A stretch of DNA of 64,000 nt, taken from NCBI GenBank assembly GCA_040954595.2, contig CM082583.2, positions 11,483,656 to 11,547,655 on the forward strand, read 5' to 3'. Positions within the stretch are counted from its first letter, which is position 1. Each line of letters begins with the position of its first letter. Positions 1-14,948 of this stretch are shown one piece after another. Position numbers and translations under genes: made by a program. Under the pieces are notes generated by a model that did not search any database, was not told where the DNA came from, and worked only from the letters and a program-made list of their open reading frames with translations. Source of the DNA: Balanoglossus misakiensis (taxonomy: Eukaryota > Animalia > Hemichordata).

Positions 1-2714
1 GAGCATCCGTTGTTACGACACGGCACTGCAAGGGCCCTCCCAACATGTCTCTGGCAGATTTTCCTGGCATCAGGGTAAGTGCCTTCACTACCATAACCAC
101 TACTGGGATGTTTCACTCTCCAGAACTCACTTGACTCAGCAAATTTACTATTTTTGGCCTTCTCTTTCATGTGAGTGTACTAAGAGCCATTAGACAAACC
201 TATTTTCAATTTTTATTTCACCAGAATATTGATCTATGGTTCACATGCTATTTTACTGAATCTGAGCAAAGTGGATGGAAAGATTCCGTTCAATTCCTCT
301 GCAGTAGTGCTACTGATTGAGCTCAACAAAGTGAGTATTAGAGGCGGCAGCAGCAGCTAATTTTAATTGACTACTTCTTAAATTTCAAGGGCTATGTATG
401 TTGTATGTCACATGAGCTTAAATTTTGATATCAACTAACACATCACAATATAAAGTCACATTTTCTTCCCTCTTTATATTTTTCCCCTTCCAGTTGTTTT
501 TTTCTCTTGTGATGTTTATGCCAGATGTTGTATCACATGGTCTGAGGCTACCCACCTGGAGGCAGTGTGTGCCCTTTGCTATCCCAGCTCTATTGTACTG
601 CATCAACAATAACATAGTTGTTCATATGCAACTCTATATGGACCCTGCCAGTTTTCAGGTTGGTCTCAGATTTCAAGGAACTCTTGTCAGATAAAATGTC
701 AACAGGGACTTTCTTTTAACGATATTGATGGAATTCATTAGGGGGAAGACATTGGTGCAATGCATCTCCCTCTAGCCAAATTGGAGCTCTTATTCACTAA
801 TGATCACCTGTTTTGCTGTCCCTTGTCTACCAGGTCCTCAGTAATCTAAAAATAGCCAGCACAGCCATTCTGTACCGTTACATCATAAGGCGGCGTCTGA
901 CCAAGCTGCAGTGGTTGTCAATGTGGTTTTTAATGTTTGCTGGTATCAGCAACAGGTAAGGGCCTGATTCTCCTTGGTGTTGTTTAATTGTGTTTAATTC
1001 TGAAAAATGTCATGAGCGCCCTCTATGGGTGATGGTGAAAATACATGAAGACAAGAAATTATAGGTCAATGCCCTTTTTCTTAGACATAAAATCAAAAAT
1101 GTCTGAGGCATTGAATTAATGAAAAAACTGGCCTTTGGAAGGTTATTTCAATTGCCTGTCACACTGAAGTAACCAAAATATCTACGCTTTCAGAAAGTAT
1201 TGTAAATCTAACACTGTCTGACATGTATCTTTTACAGTTATGGAGGCTTACAATTTTCCCACAGTCCCCATCCACCGAGTGAAATTTACATAACACTTTA
1301 TGGTCTGGTGTTAATGGTACTTTACTGTACCATCTCAGGCCTTGCTGGTGTCTACACTGAATACATACTCAAGAAAAATTATCAGGTGGGACAGAGTTTC
1401 TGTTTTTTTGTCTCCCTCAAAAAGACATGATTTTTTTACGCTACATACTCAACATGGATCTGAGTGGATGTATGTAATAGATAGTGTGTGAACATCATTG
1501 AAATATAATTTTGGAGTAGATGTTGATTAGCAACAGTGTTCCGCACTGAGACACGCAGAAAAGTAAAACACCCTGAAGTATGCGTTAATCCATCATTGTT
1601 GTCTAATCTGTGATTATGTGGAGTTAACTAGACGTGAAGGTGATTGTGGTGGAACTTAGCGGTGTAAATGCACTTTCAGTAGTTACTGTGTGCCAAATGT
1701 TGAGTGATGGAATGGTGTCCTGGAGAGGACTGCTTCAGAATTGTTCTTAATTGGTCATGCATCACTGCTCACTGCTTGGGTGGTCATTCACTAATTTCTG
1801 AACAAAAAAGAAATGAAAACATGAACAAGAGATTTTATTTGTCAGTATGCATCTGCTTGTGACCTTTTGGATTATTCATAAACAGTGGGAGACATTTGCC
1901 ATAAAACCCAATCGTACAAAGCCAGGGACATTATTTACGTCACGCACATACTGCCGTAATTATACCTCTTACTGTACTTCCACTGCAACACCCCATTGCA
2001 AAGAAACACCTTTTTATTCACGGAATCACTTACTGCATGTACCATTGATGTTACGAGGGCTTCTGTAGAGAATCTGGTTTATGTGCGTCTCACTTTAGTG
2101 ACTCAAAGAACAGCGGGAGAAGACATGGAACACATCCAGCACTCTTGTGAAATGAGCCACTTTTGTATATCTTTCTTCAAAACATTATGATGACCTCACA
2201 CTATGCCCCTCCCCCTTTTCCCCACACAGCTTTCATTGCATTTACAGAATATTCTGCTGTACACATTTGGAGTGTTTCTGAACTTTTTTACCCTCGTCTC
2301 AAGTACATGGAATTCTCCGAGTCACACCACTTTCTTTCAAGGTTTCTCCACAACGGTATTTGTCATAGTTTTCACTCAGGTAAGCTGGCCAGATTTTCTC
2401 GTAGTGAGCATTGAAATTATATCGATTTCTCATCTGCTAATTTTGATTTGAACACACCCAAGGCGAAATCTGACCAGTATCCATTTCACTTCCAGGCAGC
2501 CAATGGCCTCATCATGTCAGCAGTGATGAAGCATGCCAGCAACATTATCCGTCTCTTCATCATCACCTGTGCCATGCTGGTCACCACCACGCTCTCCATG
2601 CTGCTGTTCAACTTGCAGCTCAACTTCTACTATTGGACGGCCTTCCTTCTGGTCTTCCTGGCCCTGCTGCTGTATCACAAAAGATACAACATCTACACTG
2701 TGAAACACTTCTGA
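1..2714 (+). CDS. SLC35A4: Probable UDP-sugar transporter SLC35A4 (multi-exon; 5' end outside window)
   Basis: GT-AG exons ~1-74, 225-330, 494-658, 834-955, 1238-1385, 2230-2379 and 2496-2714 join in frame. They give ILIYGSHAILLNLSKVDGKIPF..ALLYCINNNIVVHMQLYMDPASFQVLSNLKI..QNILLYTFGVFLN..NGLIMSAVMKHASNIIRLF, matching vertebrate SLC35A4 motifs. Confidence 0.9.
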
Positions 2715-4887
2715 AGTCATCACACAGTGTGCGTAAATGTTCAACTCAGCCCTTGTACATGTCACAGACTTGGCATGTCAGTCTCCAGATCAAGGCCAGG
2801 GTGTCAATCTCTTGATCAAGTCTTTGCCAAGTTATATTCTGTTGAAATCATAATTTAGTATTAAAACGTATTTTCTGACTGAGAAAGGCATATCTGCTAC
2901 GTCTTCCTCTTGGTTGGTCGTTGAGGGCGCACCGTGTCCGTCAAACATGATCCTTCCCATTGCTGTAGATTTCCAGCCGTCCATTGTCTGTTTCAGGTGA
3001 AGAAAGAGTATGTACACAGGTCAGCGAGATCTGAAGACGAAACGCCACCTGGGTGACGCCAAACCAGAACGATAATCGTTGGTGTAGAACTATAGGGCTA
3101 TCACAGTTGTAGAATATTTTCACGGGTTTGCGCCCAACGTCGAGTAATTTACGACATGTGTTTACGAGAACGACAAACCCAGGAACGATTACCGTAATAT
3201 AACACCGACCTGTTTGCGGAGAAAGGTGTTATTTTGTATTATGTTGTTAATACTAACAAGCAGAGTCATCGAAATCTCAGTTTGGCGCGTTTTTTCTTCA
3301 CGTGTAAGCTTGTACATGCTTTACACTTTTTTCCATGAATCGTGCTTCGTGTAAAATAACCCGTAACTCCGAAACATAAGGTTAACCCGACGACAATTGT
3401 AATCCTGCGTACTGAAGAGAGGGTGAGGGGGAAGAGTTGGAGAGAAAAAGAGGGGACGGGAGGGCAGTATGTCATAGGTCTTACCGTAGTGTAGAGCCAG
3501 ACTTCATTCATGCGCTGAAAGAAACATGTAAATTCAACACAATACCGTAGATTTCAAAAGACGAAATAAGACCTTTAAAGAGTATGCAAAATTAATGCAG
3601 CGGGGCATGACGGACTTGGAGGCAGTACATTTCTGTCCTGGACAAGTCCCCGAGGTGCAAAAAGTCGGTGACAGTTTATCGAGGTACGCCAGCGTGTAAG
3701 TTTGGATCTTAATTGGTCTTTGCAGGGACTTCTAGTAGAAAACAGCAAAATTTGCAGAGAGTGGGAGTGAAATATAGGGTCGGTATGTAATTCTATTCTT
3801 GTTTTTCTTCTTTGGTTTTGTTGCGAAACGTACCAGCGTGATGTTGACTTTTCACGAAACACATTTGTATCCGTAAATGTCGTGATATCAATCCAGCATC
3901 ACGAGCTCTGATAATTCCGCGAACGGCCGTCGCACTATTTGCAGTTTGTGAAGAAAGTTCAGTTCAAACGAAATAGAAAAGGTAGATTCTATATGTATAT
4001 ATGGAAGGGGAGAGAGAATGGCGTAGATTAATAAGGGGTGACGCCTTTATTATTTCGTTCTAAAATGTGGCTTTCATTGGCACCGTTGTCCCAATCTTAT
4101 TTCTTTTTATGGCGAAAGTCCAGGCGAAATATTCTTAAAGTTGCATAAATATTATCATTTAGCAATTTGTATGTTTGCCCTTGAACGCCGGGCACCGTTC
4201 CGATGGATTGTATGAAAGGATGAACAAATTGCGACAGTCAATGTTTCTTTGCTTTTAAGTTGTTTTTGAAAGGTAGATTGATGGCACAAGCAAACAAGAG
4301 TGTCACGTGACCAGCACCCCAGCTTTCGCGTCTATAGGTAAAAAACTTCAGTACACCCTGCCTTATTGAGGTCACGCCTGACGCAGTCCTCAAATTGAAA
4401 AGGAGCGTTTCATCTAGATGGAGTGTATACTTTCCGCTTTTCAATAGGAGACCGGAAGCAGAGGGCAACACCCCGGGTTGAGTTCGTGACCAACGTACAG
4501 ATCGCGTAGTGGCATTTCATCGTAGTTTCAATGAGTCAATGAAGTGTGCCCGTCTTCCCACGTGCCCAAGAAACACCAGAGTGCCTTCGTATACTATAGA
4601 CAGTGCCCCACAACCTAAACCGCACTGGCAACAAAACCCGGGACCCGAAACGCCTAAAATAGTGCTTTCATTTTCGTATACTTCCTGATGGTCATTTAGA
4701 CTACTATGTTTGTATGTGACACTATAGAAATTCCCCTGTCTGCAGAGTCACGTGCGTACAGCCGGTCTATTTCCAATAAAAGAGAAGAGTTGACTTGTAC
4801 ACGGAATATCTACTTTCAACTCATGTCCGTACTATACGGTGGGCTGTAGTAGTAATCTAAATCCCTTTCCTTATAAAAATTCAGAAC

Positions 4888-7153
4888 ATGGATTCTGCGG
4901 ACTGGCATCACAACATCTCCGTGGTCAATTTGACCGACGCAAACTCGACGTCGCCGACGCCATATGACCCGGAGGGCGCTCTCATGGCTCTGGTGAATCA
5001 GATTCTCATCACCGTGGCCCTGGCGCTCATCATGATCGGCATGGGAAGTACCATCACCGTCCGAGAGATATGGGTCAACCTGAAACGGCCGACGGGCATC
5101 TGTATTTGCTGGCTGTCGCAGTTCGGGGTCATGCCACTGGTGGCGTTTGGGCTGGCGCACTTGTTGAAAATGGGTCCCCACACGGCCATCGGTGCCCTGG
5201 TGATATCCTGCTGTCCTGGGGGCACCGTGTCCAATATATTCACCTACTGGACAGATGGCGACGTGTGCCTCAGGTGAGAGCATTTCGTTTGTCAATCGGT
5301 CACTTTTGAACCAGTTAGGACTGAAGATGTTAGTCGCTCAGAAGTCGTTCACCCGTGTTTACCTTTCACCTACAAGTTATTAAACCCTCCCTTCTTAATC
5401 CCTAAACTCTATTCTCACTTTAGCCTAATGGATCTTTTTCTCAAGAATTGCCCATTTAACATGGTCGTTTTGTTCTCCTTTGCAATATCCTGCCCGATTA
5501 ATTCCGTAAACATGGGCACTTTTAAGTAATAGGCGTGATCTGCGTGATCAATCTCCACACGACATACGTCAGGTGACGGGAAATAGATGACGTAAGGTAC
5601 CCTTGTTGTCCGAGATAGTTCTTATGCTTGACGTCGTCATGGATACTTGATGTCGCATACGATAATGTCGGGAGAATAAAAAAGGAAAATGACAAGAATA
5701 TGTCAGCGTGTTTGACAACCAACGTAAGACAACTGCCATCGCGACATAAAAGGGGGAACTGAAACTCTGGTACATTATGAATCGAAGGTACGCTTGTGAA
5801 TACTTCATCGAAACTGCAATTTCTCCTCCTTTCAGCATATGTATGACGACTTGTTCAACGATCCTTGCCGTTGGTATGATGCCGCTGTGCCTCTTCGTGT
5901 ACAGTCGGAGTTGGATCAGCGCCGCCACCGTCATTCCGTTCCTGGACATCACCCTCGCCCTGGTCGCCATCTTGGTGCCGGGTGGCATTGGGATGATCAT
6001 CAAGTGGAAATCGGAGAAAGTCGCAAATGTAGTCACAAAGGTATTGGCGATGTATTTCTGTAGAATTGGCTGGCCGACCTGCTGTACTTGATTGACGCTG
6101 GCGGCTATCAGCCGTCGAATACGTTGGCATTTTGAAATACCATGTTCATCTTCTTGAAAAATTCTCCTGCTGGAGATCAGTGCCTATAAATATATGTATG
6201 ATTCGGGTGGAGGTATACGAGTGTCCAATCATTTATATTCGCTTGCTTTTCCTGTTCTATCTCTCCCACAGGTGTGTAGTTCATCCTCGATGCTTCTTAT
6301 TATCGTAATAACCATCGTGCTCGGCGTTAGTAAGCCAGAGATCTACCGCAGCGAGTGGAAGGCTTGGTTGTATACCGCCATCTTTCCTCTCGTGGCCTTC
6401 GGTTTCGGTTTCCTCCTCACGTCCATATTTCGTCTTCCTTACAAGAAAAGACGAACCATCGCCCTTGAGACTGGCTGCCAGAACGTCGCCCTGGCGCTCA
6501 CGGTCATTAATATCTCGTTCCCGAGGGGGCCGGGCCAGCTGGCGATGTTTGTCGTGCCTATACTCTACAGCCTCTTCCTGTTCATCGATGCGCTGTTAAT
6601 CTGTCTCGGCTACTTTGTCATTGCGAAGCTGTGTAAGAAAGCGAAGGATGAGGAGAAGATCGTGAAGGATGAGAAGGACGTCGAGAGACCAGATGTCGTC
6701 GTTCAGGAGAAGGGAAACGAAAACGGCACCGTCAACACCTGTTTTGACGATCGCTCGCCGACAAAACCAAAGCAAAATGGCGTGTTTAACCCATACTTCG
6801 CCCCGGTTTTGGAATTCAATCCCGAGACGTTGGATGTCGACTACAAAGTTATCAACCAAGAAACGCAGACGACGCAAAGACGGCGAGCGTCGAACGAAAA
6901 AGATTCTGTCGTCCCGCGAACACCAGACGCGGGGAAAGGCGTCCGCAGTAACCGCGGCAGCTGCGATGACCTAGCTGACGCCAGAAATAATAATGAGAAC
7001 AGGCAAGCGAAAGAGCGACCGCGGAACACAGCTTTCGACAATCGCGAGTCCAAAGGAAAACGTGCGATCAAAGAGAACGGAAAGGCTGATAAAACGAAAG
7101 ATCGAATTTCCATGAACATAGGGGGAGTCGTAGGAAAAGAATCATCAGTATAA
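4888..7153 (+). CDS. SLC10 family sodium/bile acid cotransporter-like protein with long cytoplasmic tail
   Basis: Exons 4888-5273, 5836-6040 and 6272-7153. SBF motifs QFGVMPL, CCPGGTVSNIFTYWTDGD..S(I)CMTTCST and RRTIALETGCQN. N-terminal N-glycosylation sequons; C-terminus ends KESSV. Confidence 0.9.
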
Positions 7154-8890
7154 AAAGCTGTGAATCTTGCTGTGGTTGTCGAAAAGAGAGGGCATTAGAC
7201 TGAGCTCGGACGTGCGAGAGCTCTCGTACTGAAGGACGGCTTCACGATAGAGAGACGTCATGGGTGACGTCATCGGAGCCACCCGATCTGCTAGGTGCTA
7301 TTCCTAAGTAGACAAAAAACCTTAAAACGTACAAATAAGCACATTTTTACAGATGCATACGCATTTTAAATGAATTTCTTCAAAGTATCACGTGCAAGTA
7401 GCTTGTAAAACACACTGCAGACTGCGAGTATTACAATAATTATTTTCAAGGCGGCCGTTTGTTGTGTATATGTGCATCAACTGTGAAGACTGACTGAACA
7501 ATAATGAAAGAGTAATCACATGAGTGGACTTTATTCTTTCTAAAGTATCTTTCACAAAGAAAAGTATTTTGACGCTCACTTTTTATACCAGTATTAGGAA
7601 CCAATGGCTTGCCAGCAGCAGCCACGTGCAGCTATAATTATGCAATTTCACTGCCACGATGTGTCACAATTATGAATATGCAAATTCACTGCCGTCACTA
7701 TAGCGATGACCAATGAGGAGCAGCTGAGTAACCCAGTAGTCATCCGCAGCGCAAACTCACTGCCAGCAATTCACTGCCACCAGAAAGTTACTTAAAAGCA
7801 GTAAAGTTTTGAAGTCTTACTTCAATTTTTTAGTTTATCGAAGAAACCATATTCGTCTTCCGAAGACATTTTTTACTACAAGGGCAAATAGTTTACTTTT
7901 GTATAATAGGTTCATTTAGAGTGTAAACTCTTGTCCGAGCGAAAAACAAACAACAGAATATATTTTATGAATGTGATTTTTTATCTGGATTCAAAGGTTG
8001 TACCACTGCCAATGGGTTTTTAGCAAAGATTAATCGTCTGGATTCTTTCTATCCGGTCAGGATTATTTTTTTATTTTGTAGTCACGTGACATGAGTATGT
8101 ATTTTACGATCCTAACATATTTATACTAATTTCAGCTCACCAAAATGATTGTTGAAATGCTACAATGTTCAAAAATAGACTCCAAAGTTAACGACACTTT
8201 CGTTTGCATAGATGTGAGAAGTTTTGTGAAGTTATATGAATGACAAATAAGTTACCCAGTAGTGATATAACTATATGCAGCAATAAATAAATTAAAAGGA
8301 TTTCTCATATAAATAACAACTACCATGTTGGACATCTTCGGATCAGAATACACACACAAAAATATAGTTGATACCCTGATTGCTCAGACCCGGCTGAACT
8401 TAATTATGGAGGGGAAGGAAAACGGGTCGTCATAATCATGTTTTGATAGCAAGCAGTCTCAACCAAAACCATCACGTATAACTCCGTTTGTAAATACTTA
8501 TTCAGGAATAATACATTATCAATACCTCCACGTTATACCTAAGTTTCCCAATCCTGTACTTCTGTACAACGAAGCGAGTCGAAATACAAAAAATTACACC
8601 AATCAATAGTACAATTATTTCATCAGTAACTAATTATATAATAATATACGTTAAATTACTCATCATCTTCAGAAGAATTATCAACATATTCTACTGACAA
8701 AGCAAACATAAGTCATGTTCAGATCGGCGATCGATACAAATGATCGCGTCATAATTTTTAAAGGGGCAAATCGATACTTTGTAAAACGTTTTTGGGGGGC
8801 ATTTGAACAATCGAAATACTGATCTGCGATTTTTTGCGTGGATTACAATCATGCGAAGGCAGGGTTTTGCTAAATATTTCCAAAGACACT

Positions 8891-9820
8891 TTAAAATGAC
8901 GCCGATTTAAAGAAGACCAGTGTCAATGCCAAGGCGACGAGGAGCAGGTTACAAGTGAGGATGTTGGAAGCCCCTGTACCGACATTGCAGTCGTCCGTGT
9001 CACAGCACTGTCTGCACTCGCCTGTTTTGGCAGCGTTGATACAACCATTGCTGGCTCTGCAGTTCTTCATACAGCCACGTTTAAATTCGCCTATCTGTCC
9101 AGCGGCGAGACTTTTGTATGCCTGTTAGTAGACAATACATTTACCTATAAGTTCATGATGTGACTGAAGTGAACTGTATGATATTCGTCGCTTGTGGCGC
9201 TCTTTATTTCTGTTGGGACTGGACAGGGCGCTATGTAGGCCTACTAGTGGACCAAACACATACAGCGTTACCATATTTATTGACTCTGCATGGAGCTTAT
9301 GTTATATGAAAGCATCGTTTTATGAATGGGGGGGGGGGGGGTATTTCACTATCTGTATTTTTAAACGTAGAAACTTACATAACACATGTATCCTTGGCTG
9401 ACATTGCACTCATCATTAATAGCCGTGCTGTTTGTTGGTTCTCTGGAGCAGGACTTGTCTGAATCGGTGCCCACCATTGAGCATGCGTAACACGAGATCA
9501 CGATATCGCCGGCAGCTGCGGTGGCGTTGGGCGCGGCTGCGGTCGTCGTCGGATTTGCCGTTGATGCGCTCAAGACGCCTTTAGTCAGAGAGAAAAAAGG
9601 GTTGTGAAAGTTGACGTTATCAGTGGTTCATAAACCTACCGGGGGTCAAATTTTAGAAATGGGAATTCAATTTTCACCAATTTGTGAAATCAGCGCATTC
9701 CTATTATCGTTCTTCTCTCTGTGTTAATTTTTTAGTTTATCGACTTTCTCAGAAATTGTAGAAGTCATACTTACTGACGACAAGAGAAAGAAGCAAAATT
9801 GAGCCGATAATATACTTCAT
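8891..9820 (-). CDS. Ly6/uPAR (three-finger, quiver/sleepless-like) protein, predicted GPI-anchored
   Basis: Exons 9820-9775 (signal peptide MKYIIGSILLLSLVV), 9578-9379 (ISCYAC..C..C..CY) and 9121-8891 (KRGC..C..C..CRQCCDTDDCN followed by hydrophobic tail NLLLVALALTLVFF). Confidence 0.85.
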
Positions 9821-12100
9821 CTTTATTTATGACGTGAACGTGAACTGCAAAACAAAAAATATATCATACATTCAGGAATCAAAATTGGAAAGCAGAAACT
9901 CGCTTTATATACATGATGCAAAATAAAAATAAATGCAACACCTTGCACCCAATATAAAACTGAAAAAACTTTATATTTAGAAGACGGTAATATGTATCCC
10001 TAGATATTTGGTGTTTTACACCGTGCGACATTAGCCTATCGAGAGAACCATACGACATGCAATATGCACAGATAATGGTATGTAACGACTAATTTTAGAA
10101 TCAGAGTAAACAAGTCAGGTTTTGAACAATTGTAGCGTCACGTTTGCTGCGTGTCTGCACCAGCCCCATGACACAATTATGACATATCTCCCCAAATCCC
10201 ACATTCTTCGCTTGGCCAATCATTAATCGTGACTTAGACAGCGCTGAGCACAATCTACAGGTGGCCGCCAGACGGAGGGGAAAAACAGATACAGCTGTGT
10301 ACAAACCCGTAGAACGTTCTGTCATGCTACCAGTATTTCATACGAATAAAGTCTAAGTTAAGATAATTGTATTTACATAACCTTTGAAATCATGAGATGC
10401 ATTTATTCGACTGTCCCAGTAAATGGTCGAAATTCATGACAACTTTGCCTTTAGCCTCCGATTCAATGAATACTCGATAATGAAAATCGCTCGGTTCGCC
10501 GGCAGGCATTGTTACTGAAAGGGCGTGGTTTTTTTGTATCATGTTTGGCATCAATGTCTCTAATTAGCATTATCACATCCACGTAGGCATATTAACATTA
10601 AGAGTTAACCATGGGCGCCGCATTTGCTGGTATAATCTCCACATTAATTCAATTAATCCCGATATTAATTAACTACATGATCGGGAAGAAAACGCCTCTT
10701 TTTCACGTTGTTTTTATTATGTAATTTGGAATGCGAATCCATTGCAGAATTCCCAGTTTTTCTAAACACATCTGTTGGACAAATTGTTTTGTTGTTTCAA
10801 ACCCATTTCGAGACAATTGTGAACGTGACAGTGAGTATTACGTCAAGGTTGTGCCAGCTCAATGGCCGATAATCGTCCAAAGAGACAAACAAAACAAAAC
10901 AAAACAGGATGACGAAATCTAATGAATCTTATCAGAAAAGGTACACGTACTTGTTAATACCTTAGCAGGTGACAGGGTAACTATAGCAGTATAAACATGT
11001 TTGAATAAATGAAATACCCATCGTTCGGATTGAGGATAAACACAAAATGACATTTATGCATTGAGCATTTGACAACGCTGTCGACCTGGTTTCATTTGGA
11101 AATTGTTAACATATTGTGCATATCGTTGAGCACAACAACTGAATCACTAAATTGTGAATGAATCCATGTTTACAAAAGTTTCTTCAGCTATCCTTAAATC
11201 TCCACGGTAAAAGATCAGACTTACCTTAAGGTACCAAGATAAGACTTTGCTGGATTAGCGAGGGATGTGATGACGCAGTTGCTGGTCTTTCGCAATCTAG
11301 TCGACTTGTGGATCAGGTATCTATATTTATCCCAGCGGCGTGCTGTGGCATCATTTTGCATGCAAATACTAGCACTTTGGAAGGTGATGCTGGTTTATTT
11401 TATTGTTCGTTAACTGCCGGCCCCTCGATTCTATTTTTAAATCGTGCAAATTGGCCAGCAAGCTGGAAATGCCAAAGCAGACGCTGTTCTGGTTTAATAG
11501 TGCAAATTTGTTGATCGTGTTGATCAAGCCCCATAGATCCGGTGGGTGAGAAAGATGAGCGGAAGGGCTGTATGTTAAAAAGTTAACGACTTTCAATGAC
11601 CAACAATCGCAAAAACAAACAAGCAAGCAAATAACAAATAAACGCCCTACAATTGTCACGATGCAGCTGGTGTTTCTGCGTGATGAACGACCATACATAT
11701 ATAACCATATTTGCATTTGCAATGATAATTCAATCATGGTAATAATGGCTCACTGATATAAACATATACAATAAGAAGACAAATAATCCGCAAACAAACA
11801 TACGTGAGTAGCATTTTATTTACTTCGAACTCTTATAAACATACTTTACAAACTTGTCAAAACAGAAAGATAGCAAGCAAACCATCGCAATTACTTCGAG
11901 GTGCGGCCTTTCTGAACTGCCGCATATCTTATTCAGGTATTATGGATTTGTGAAAAAAAATTCCTGTTTGCGTGGGGGGTACGAAGACCACAATTTCACT
12001 GTATGTGTAAATGGAAAATATTCATAATATTGTGCTGGTAATTCTTGTAGAAGTTGGTGTTCGGCGAGATGAGAGTGAGTGCCATTTCCCCCAACTGGAA

Positions 12101-12969
12101 CTATGCCAGGTCATCGACTGTTACTTGTATCGTTGAGTTGTTGCAATTGTCTTGATCACAGCAACTGCGACATGTTCCACTGAAGTTTTCATGACACGAA
12201 TTGTCTTCTGTGCAGCCATCTGATGCGCATCCTCGATAAAATAACGTCGGTCGTCCAAATACCTTCACGTATTCTTCCTGCAGTTGAAATGACACAAAAC
12301 CGTTCAAAATTTTAAATATTCACATACGGCATATATCACTCACTCACGATTCGTGACATATATGGAGCGAATTTTTCCCAAATCGAGTGTTTCCCCAACT
12401 GTTCCACCGAATTGAAAACCCTGAAGTACTCACATAACACTCGCCATCACATGAGATAGTTTCCGATAGCTCCGGCTTCACAGCACAGGCACTTATAGAA
12501 GTGGGATCTGTCAAACGATATTCACATCGTAGACAGTACAAACAGTGTACGCTAACTGCTGAATGTGACAACAAAATATAAATGAAAACGCTTTATTTCA
12601 CAGAAAGTGTGATTATTTATGATAAGAAGAGAACAACATTTAAATATATAAGTTGGAAAGACGAAACGTACGTTTGATTGGTATTTGGAAGTATTTGTGT
12701 TCACACACAAGCGAGAGTAAATGCATGGAACTGTGTCGTTGTGCATGAATTATAATGTGGGCGTGAGATTCTGCAACTCTAAACAACTACAGAAGGGAAT
12801 TCATTAATTGACGTCACAATAACCCCAGGGCTGTGTTTGTGAACAAAATTAGTGACAACATGCACGATTTGCTGGTACTTTAATAGGGACTGGTCAACAT
12901 ATTGGGTAGGGCTTTACCTGTAGCGCACAGCAAGCATAGCCAAATACAACACTTCACATGTTCTAACAT
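12101..12969 (-). CDS. Ly6/three-finger protein, predicted secreted (no GPI tail)
   Basis: Exons ~12969-12918 (MLEHVKCCIWLCLLCAT), ~12557-12434 (LYCLRC..ISCDGECY) and ~12277-12101 (FYRGC..C..C..CRSCCDQDNCN). Same exon phases as the neighbouring paralog. Confidence 0.8.
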
Positions 12970-14948
12970 TGTCTGAGATGCGTATCCTGAGTCTGTATTC
13001 AAAGAAAACAAAATGTGAACAATTTTTCCCTCAAAGTGCGGGCATTTAATGCAAGGTCACGAAAATTAATGTACATGTATTCTCAATGATATACTAGTAG
13101 TATACACATGTATATTTTTAGCCGAAGGGCGCAGGATCATACATGCCGTAAAAACTGTACGTGTCAATAACTCTTATAGCTTCAGGGATAATAGCTGTGT
13201 AAGAAGTAATTGCGAAATGTTTGAGTGGCATTGGTAATTATGTTAAAACGATTCATTGTGTGTATCATATGTATTAACCAGATATACTACACAGTATGGT
13301 CACACAACTTATTGGTTAACATACGTATGTTTACTTCAAGTCGGCGTCATACGCATTGTTAGTAAATTTTAATTCAGTAATGTTGGTCATATGGCCGTTA
13401 ACGCGTAAAAGAATATCTTGAGAGTTACCTGTGTATCAGAAAGAGGTTAATCTGCTCCTTGGATTAAAGAGCATTTAGTAAATTGGAATTAAAAATGACA
13501 TGTGAACATACTCACCTTGACACGGACGACCGCTGGGCTTTGAACGCCAACTTCTCACACAATGTCACATTTCCCCGAAAACTCGCAATTCGGCCAATTG
13601 CATATAACCGAAACTGTTTCTTATTCAATGTTATGAACTCTAAATGCAAATTAACGAAAGGGTGTGAATGATTTTAACCTCCAAGCGGAACGAGCGACAA
13701 CATATCACGCAACAGCTGCTAGCGAATTTTGCAGTAATTTATTCATAACACAACACAATAACACTGACATCACTGAGTATTTTACTATACAGGTCTTTGC
13801 CTATGTGTGTTGCGCATGCTTGAACCGGTTCCAGTCGGCACAGCCAGTCCCTCCTGTTTTAACCAGGTGTAACCATATGCGCTGAGTATGCTCATGTTTA
13901 TGAGGTTTAATAAAACAAGAGTAAACGTGCAAAAAGTAATAAAAATGTCATAACTCCCCCAGGTACAACTTTACAGTGATCTCCGGAGCCTGTGGATACT
14001 TGTAGGAATATTCTTCTGCAAAAGGGGCAATGTGCAATTATCGCATCATTCGTATGAGGTAGCCTTCACGTGTGGTCTATGATGTGTGATATTGTCGTTA
14101 TTTGCTTGCACATCGGATGTCAGATACTTTATCCCAACGGCCATATGGTGTCTTAAATGAGACGACAGCTTGCCAGTGTCATACGTAGTACCAGCACCGC
14201 CGACCGATGACGCCACACAGCTGATATTTTGGTACCATTCACGGTCCCGTCCGAGATCTATTCCGCAAAGAGAAGTTAGTGTTGCTCCGTGTTTTCCAGA
14301 GTCGGCAAATCTTCTCTCTGATCGGTGTCTCCTTCAGGTAGGTCGAAAAGATTGGTGATGTGGCGGTGCAAATTCGAAACAAGAAGCGGAGATGGTTCAT
14401 ACAGACCGATGACAATCACTGCAGTTACTGTGCGAACATCCAAAATGCACTTAAATGTCGCTTCAAAAGTTTGACTCATTTGATGTCTACGACATCGCCA
14501 GTTTTTTGTGTGTGCCAAATGTCAAGAGGCTAAAGTTACAGTTATCGTTCTAATAACCAACAACTAACATTTTAATTGTCATAATAAGCTCAAATCTTCT
14601 GTCAAACCATGTTTCCCTTTTAGGCCTACAGAGTCATAATAAAAGAGCTGTAGACCTGGATGAATATTTAAGGATGTTTCCGACAAAGCTATTTTTACTC
14701 AGTATAACAGTCACTGGTAAGTTCTTGCAGAAAGGAAGGGGGATAGGTGTACATCACCAATTTCTCTCTCATGTATCATAAATGTATTTGTAGATGTGTG
14801 CATGTCTGATGTGAACTTGTGTTTCAATACTGTATGTACGACGTCACAGTTCTCACTGAATGAATCAATTCTCCCGATTACTTCAGCGTTTTTTCCGAAC
14901 TGATTTGTCCTTGTCATTTTGTTCAAATGAAAGAATGATTAACGATTT

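Noticed and set aside
1-74. Conserved SLC35A4 upstream-ORF microprotein
   Set aside because: The 5' leader lies outside the window, so it cannot be assessed.
2831-3203. Possible MITE bounded by GTTATATT...AATATAAC
   Set aside because: Only an 8-bp inverted match and no target-site duplication.
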